A DNA stretch of 64,000 nucleotides, from assembly GCF_963506605.1 (NCBI RefSeq), contig NC_083279.1, positions 71,486,001 through 71,550,000 of the forward strand, written 5' to 3'. Positions within the stretch are counted from its first letter, which is position 1. Each line of letters begins with the position of its first letter. Of the stretch, positions 61,723 to 64,000 are shown one piece after another. Under the pieces are notes generated by a model that ran no database searches, had not been told where the DNA came from, and saw only the letters and a program-made list of their open reading frames with translations. The position numbers were made by a program, and so were the translations under genes. Origin of the DNA: Zootoca vivipara (taxonomy: Eukaryota).

Positions 61723-63235
61723 TCTGAGCAAAGCTCGTGGAATTTTACTGGATTTGTATGCAGCCGATGAGACAGAAAAATGCATGGAGTACAACTGAAG
61801 CTCAGTTTCCACTAAGAGAATTTTGACATGGACGTCTGTCCAAATTTCCCTTTTTATGCATGTTTAAAAACATTATGGGATGGGATACGTGGAAGGAAAG
61901 AGGAAAAGTTTGTTGGTCTCATTTCAAACTGATACCACACATTTTTTAACCACACAGTGGTTCTAACTCAATTTTGTCCAATTGTGTGTTGTAGTCCTTG
62001 CAAATAAATAGGTAATAATTAGATCCACTGGGAAGAGATGGTGGGTATCTTGCAGGTCCAAGATTGCGCTATTTGTTCGTACGCAGAATACATTTCTCTA
62101 GGTATGCATCAAGGGATTTTTAAAGATAACCTTTACAAAACATTGGGCAGTGAAAGGGACCTATGGAATTACGCCTGTCACATGAATGGTGGTAGGGATA
62201 CTGGCCAATAGGCTTCTATGACATCCCCACAGGCACCTTTCAGATTACGCTTGACTTGGCTGTAATAGCACAGGGAAGAGGGTTTTGGGGATAGATAGCA
62301 TTGCAATCTTGAGCACTGGGTAAATGTGCTATCCCCGCAATGAACAGAGAAGTAACCCCTGAGCCATAGTCATCTGGATTGCCCACAACATATGAGTAAC
62401 TGAAGAACTTGCATGTTTATGTGATCATACAAGTATTCCCTGAGGCTCAAACCTGACATGTCCTAAACACCAACATGTGTGCAGCTAACTTGCAGCTTAT
62501 GCTTATTTTATTTATGTGATCACAGCTTTGCACAGTTGCGGGGAAATAAGTAAGTAAATGGAGTGTGGAGGAAACCCATTCCATTTATTCATTCCCCCCA
62601 CCCCCACCCACCCACCCTGCTCAAAGCTGCAATCACGGGTTTGGGAAGGCAGTGCAAGGACTCTGGGAACATCCTAGAGCCTCCTTCCCCGTAGCTGGAC
62701 AAAAAATTACCAGGCTTTGGGAAGGAGGTTGGAGGACTCTGGGTTGCTGCCAAAGCCCTCCCACCACCTACCCACAGCAGGGCAAGCAGCCCTTCACTTT
62801 GCAGGGGACTCTGTTCCAGGGGTTCCTGGTTTTACGTCTTTCTGCGTATATTCTTGGACCCCTGGAACCTAACCTTTACAAGTTGCCTGTGTTGGGCAAA
62901 TGCTGTGTTTTTCCACCTTGCTGAATGAATCATTTGAATTGCTTTATGTATCTGTTTCATTAGAACATGGAGAACAGGAATGGCAGCTTGTTCAACAAAA
63001 GAAGGCACAATTGAAATGTATCAATTCATAAGTCTGCATTTCATTTCATCGTCTTTGCATTGTTAACATGCAGCTTAAATGGATACTGCAAGTCCTCAGC
63101 CATCAACCCTACGCTTTCCATGTGATATGAGAATCTTGTCTCTGCCCCGTGTTCATACTTTCTCATATAGCCAAGGAAAGGAACCTGCACAATCTCTGTT
63201 TGCCCAAAGTGATATTTCAGTAGCCCCCTGTGCAG

Positions 63236-63270
63236 CACACACACACACACACACACAGACACACACACAC
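63236..63270. repeat. (CA)n microsatellite
   Basis: Direct observation. Confidence 0.9.
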
Positions 63271-64000
63271 TTTTCCAAAAAGGGGGAGGGGTTCAAAATA
63301 CTGTAGGTTTGCAACATGGTGTGGAGGACTTGTGGTTCGAAGAAAATAAGTAAAATTTGTACCAGGCATCCCTAAGCCTTTGAATGCACTAAAATAGCTA
63401 TTTGAAGCCCACACTTGAACAGGAAATAATGATAACCTACCCCTCACCCCTTCAGCTGAGCCCAGTACTTGACCTTCCCAACAAACTACCCAAAGTCTTG
63501 TCACCTCTTCAGAGTCATTAGAATTATCTATTAAAAATCAGGATTAGAAAACAGAGCAGGAGTCAGTTTTGAGGAGACCGTCTACATGTTTATGGAGAAG
63601 TTTGTGAAAGCCTAAGGGCTGGATACTTTTTATTTTATTTTAATGGCAGATCAGTTCCTCTGGAGCTGCATGTATCTGAAACTAGAGGACCTCACCATCT
63701 AGTTGTGTGCTGCCTTTCCATAATTGACCATGCTCAAGGCAGTTTACAACATGAAAATAGTTACATAATTACAGAAATATAGCAAAAGTCGCAAGCAATA
63801 AATAAGAGAATATAATAAATAGACAATAATGTTTTGGTGTTGTTTTTTTAAAAGCTCAAAGTAATAAACTTAAGTCTTGGAAGGCTTCTAGGATGATAAT
63901 AAAATGCTGTTGCATATGGAGAGCCTGTGTGCGTAAAGCAAGGTGTCAAGCCAGGACAATGTCAAGCACATTGAAAACCGCATGATCCAATCACGGACAT

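Overview
This is vertebrate genomic DNA from a squamate reptile. Sauria SINEs, BovB, CR1, Penelope-type ends and hAT MITEs suggest a lacertid-like lizard, but the species cannot be fixed from the sequence. Five protein-coding genes were reconstructed by hand from splice sites and reading-frame phases. (1) The 5' part of CFAP44/WDR52 on the - strand, ATG at 16032, running off the window start. (2) ILDR1/angulin-2 on +, 8 exons, 17489-30316, 543 aa, head-to-head with CFAP44. (3) An intact apovitellenin-1/apoVLDL-II (APOV1) orthologue on +, coding exons 34245-34305, 36152-36314 and 37963-38071, 110 aa, nearly invisible in the ORF track. (4) Single-exon GPR15 on -, 48746-49828. (5) CLDND1 on +, CDS 58100-60929, divergent from GPR15. 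The most interesting signals are the hidden lizard APOV1 yolk apolipoprotein gene (cysteine-free, DR1 promoter element, no canonical proximal ERE), Penelope-type minimal hammerhead-ribozyme motifs in three introns, and a candidate U12 intron, GC-AG intron and 8-nt microexon in CFAP44. Also notable are an RFX X-box at the CFAP44 start, a uORF overlapping the CLDND1 start, and a MITE family carrying ZNF143-like motifs. Comparisons to human and chicken proteins are from recall, not a database search. No prokaryote-type systems (CRISPR, rRNA, tRNA genes) were seen.
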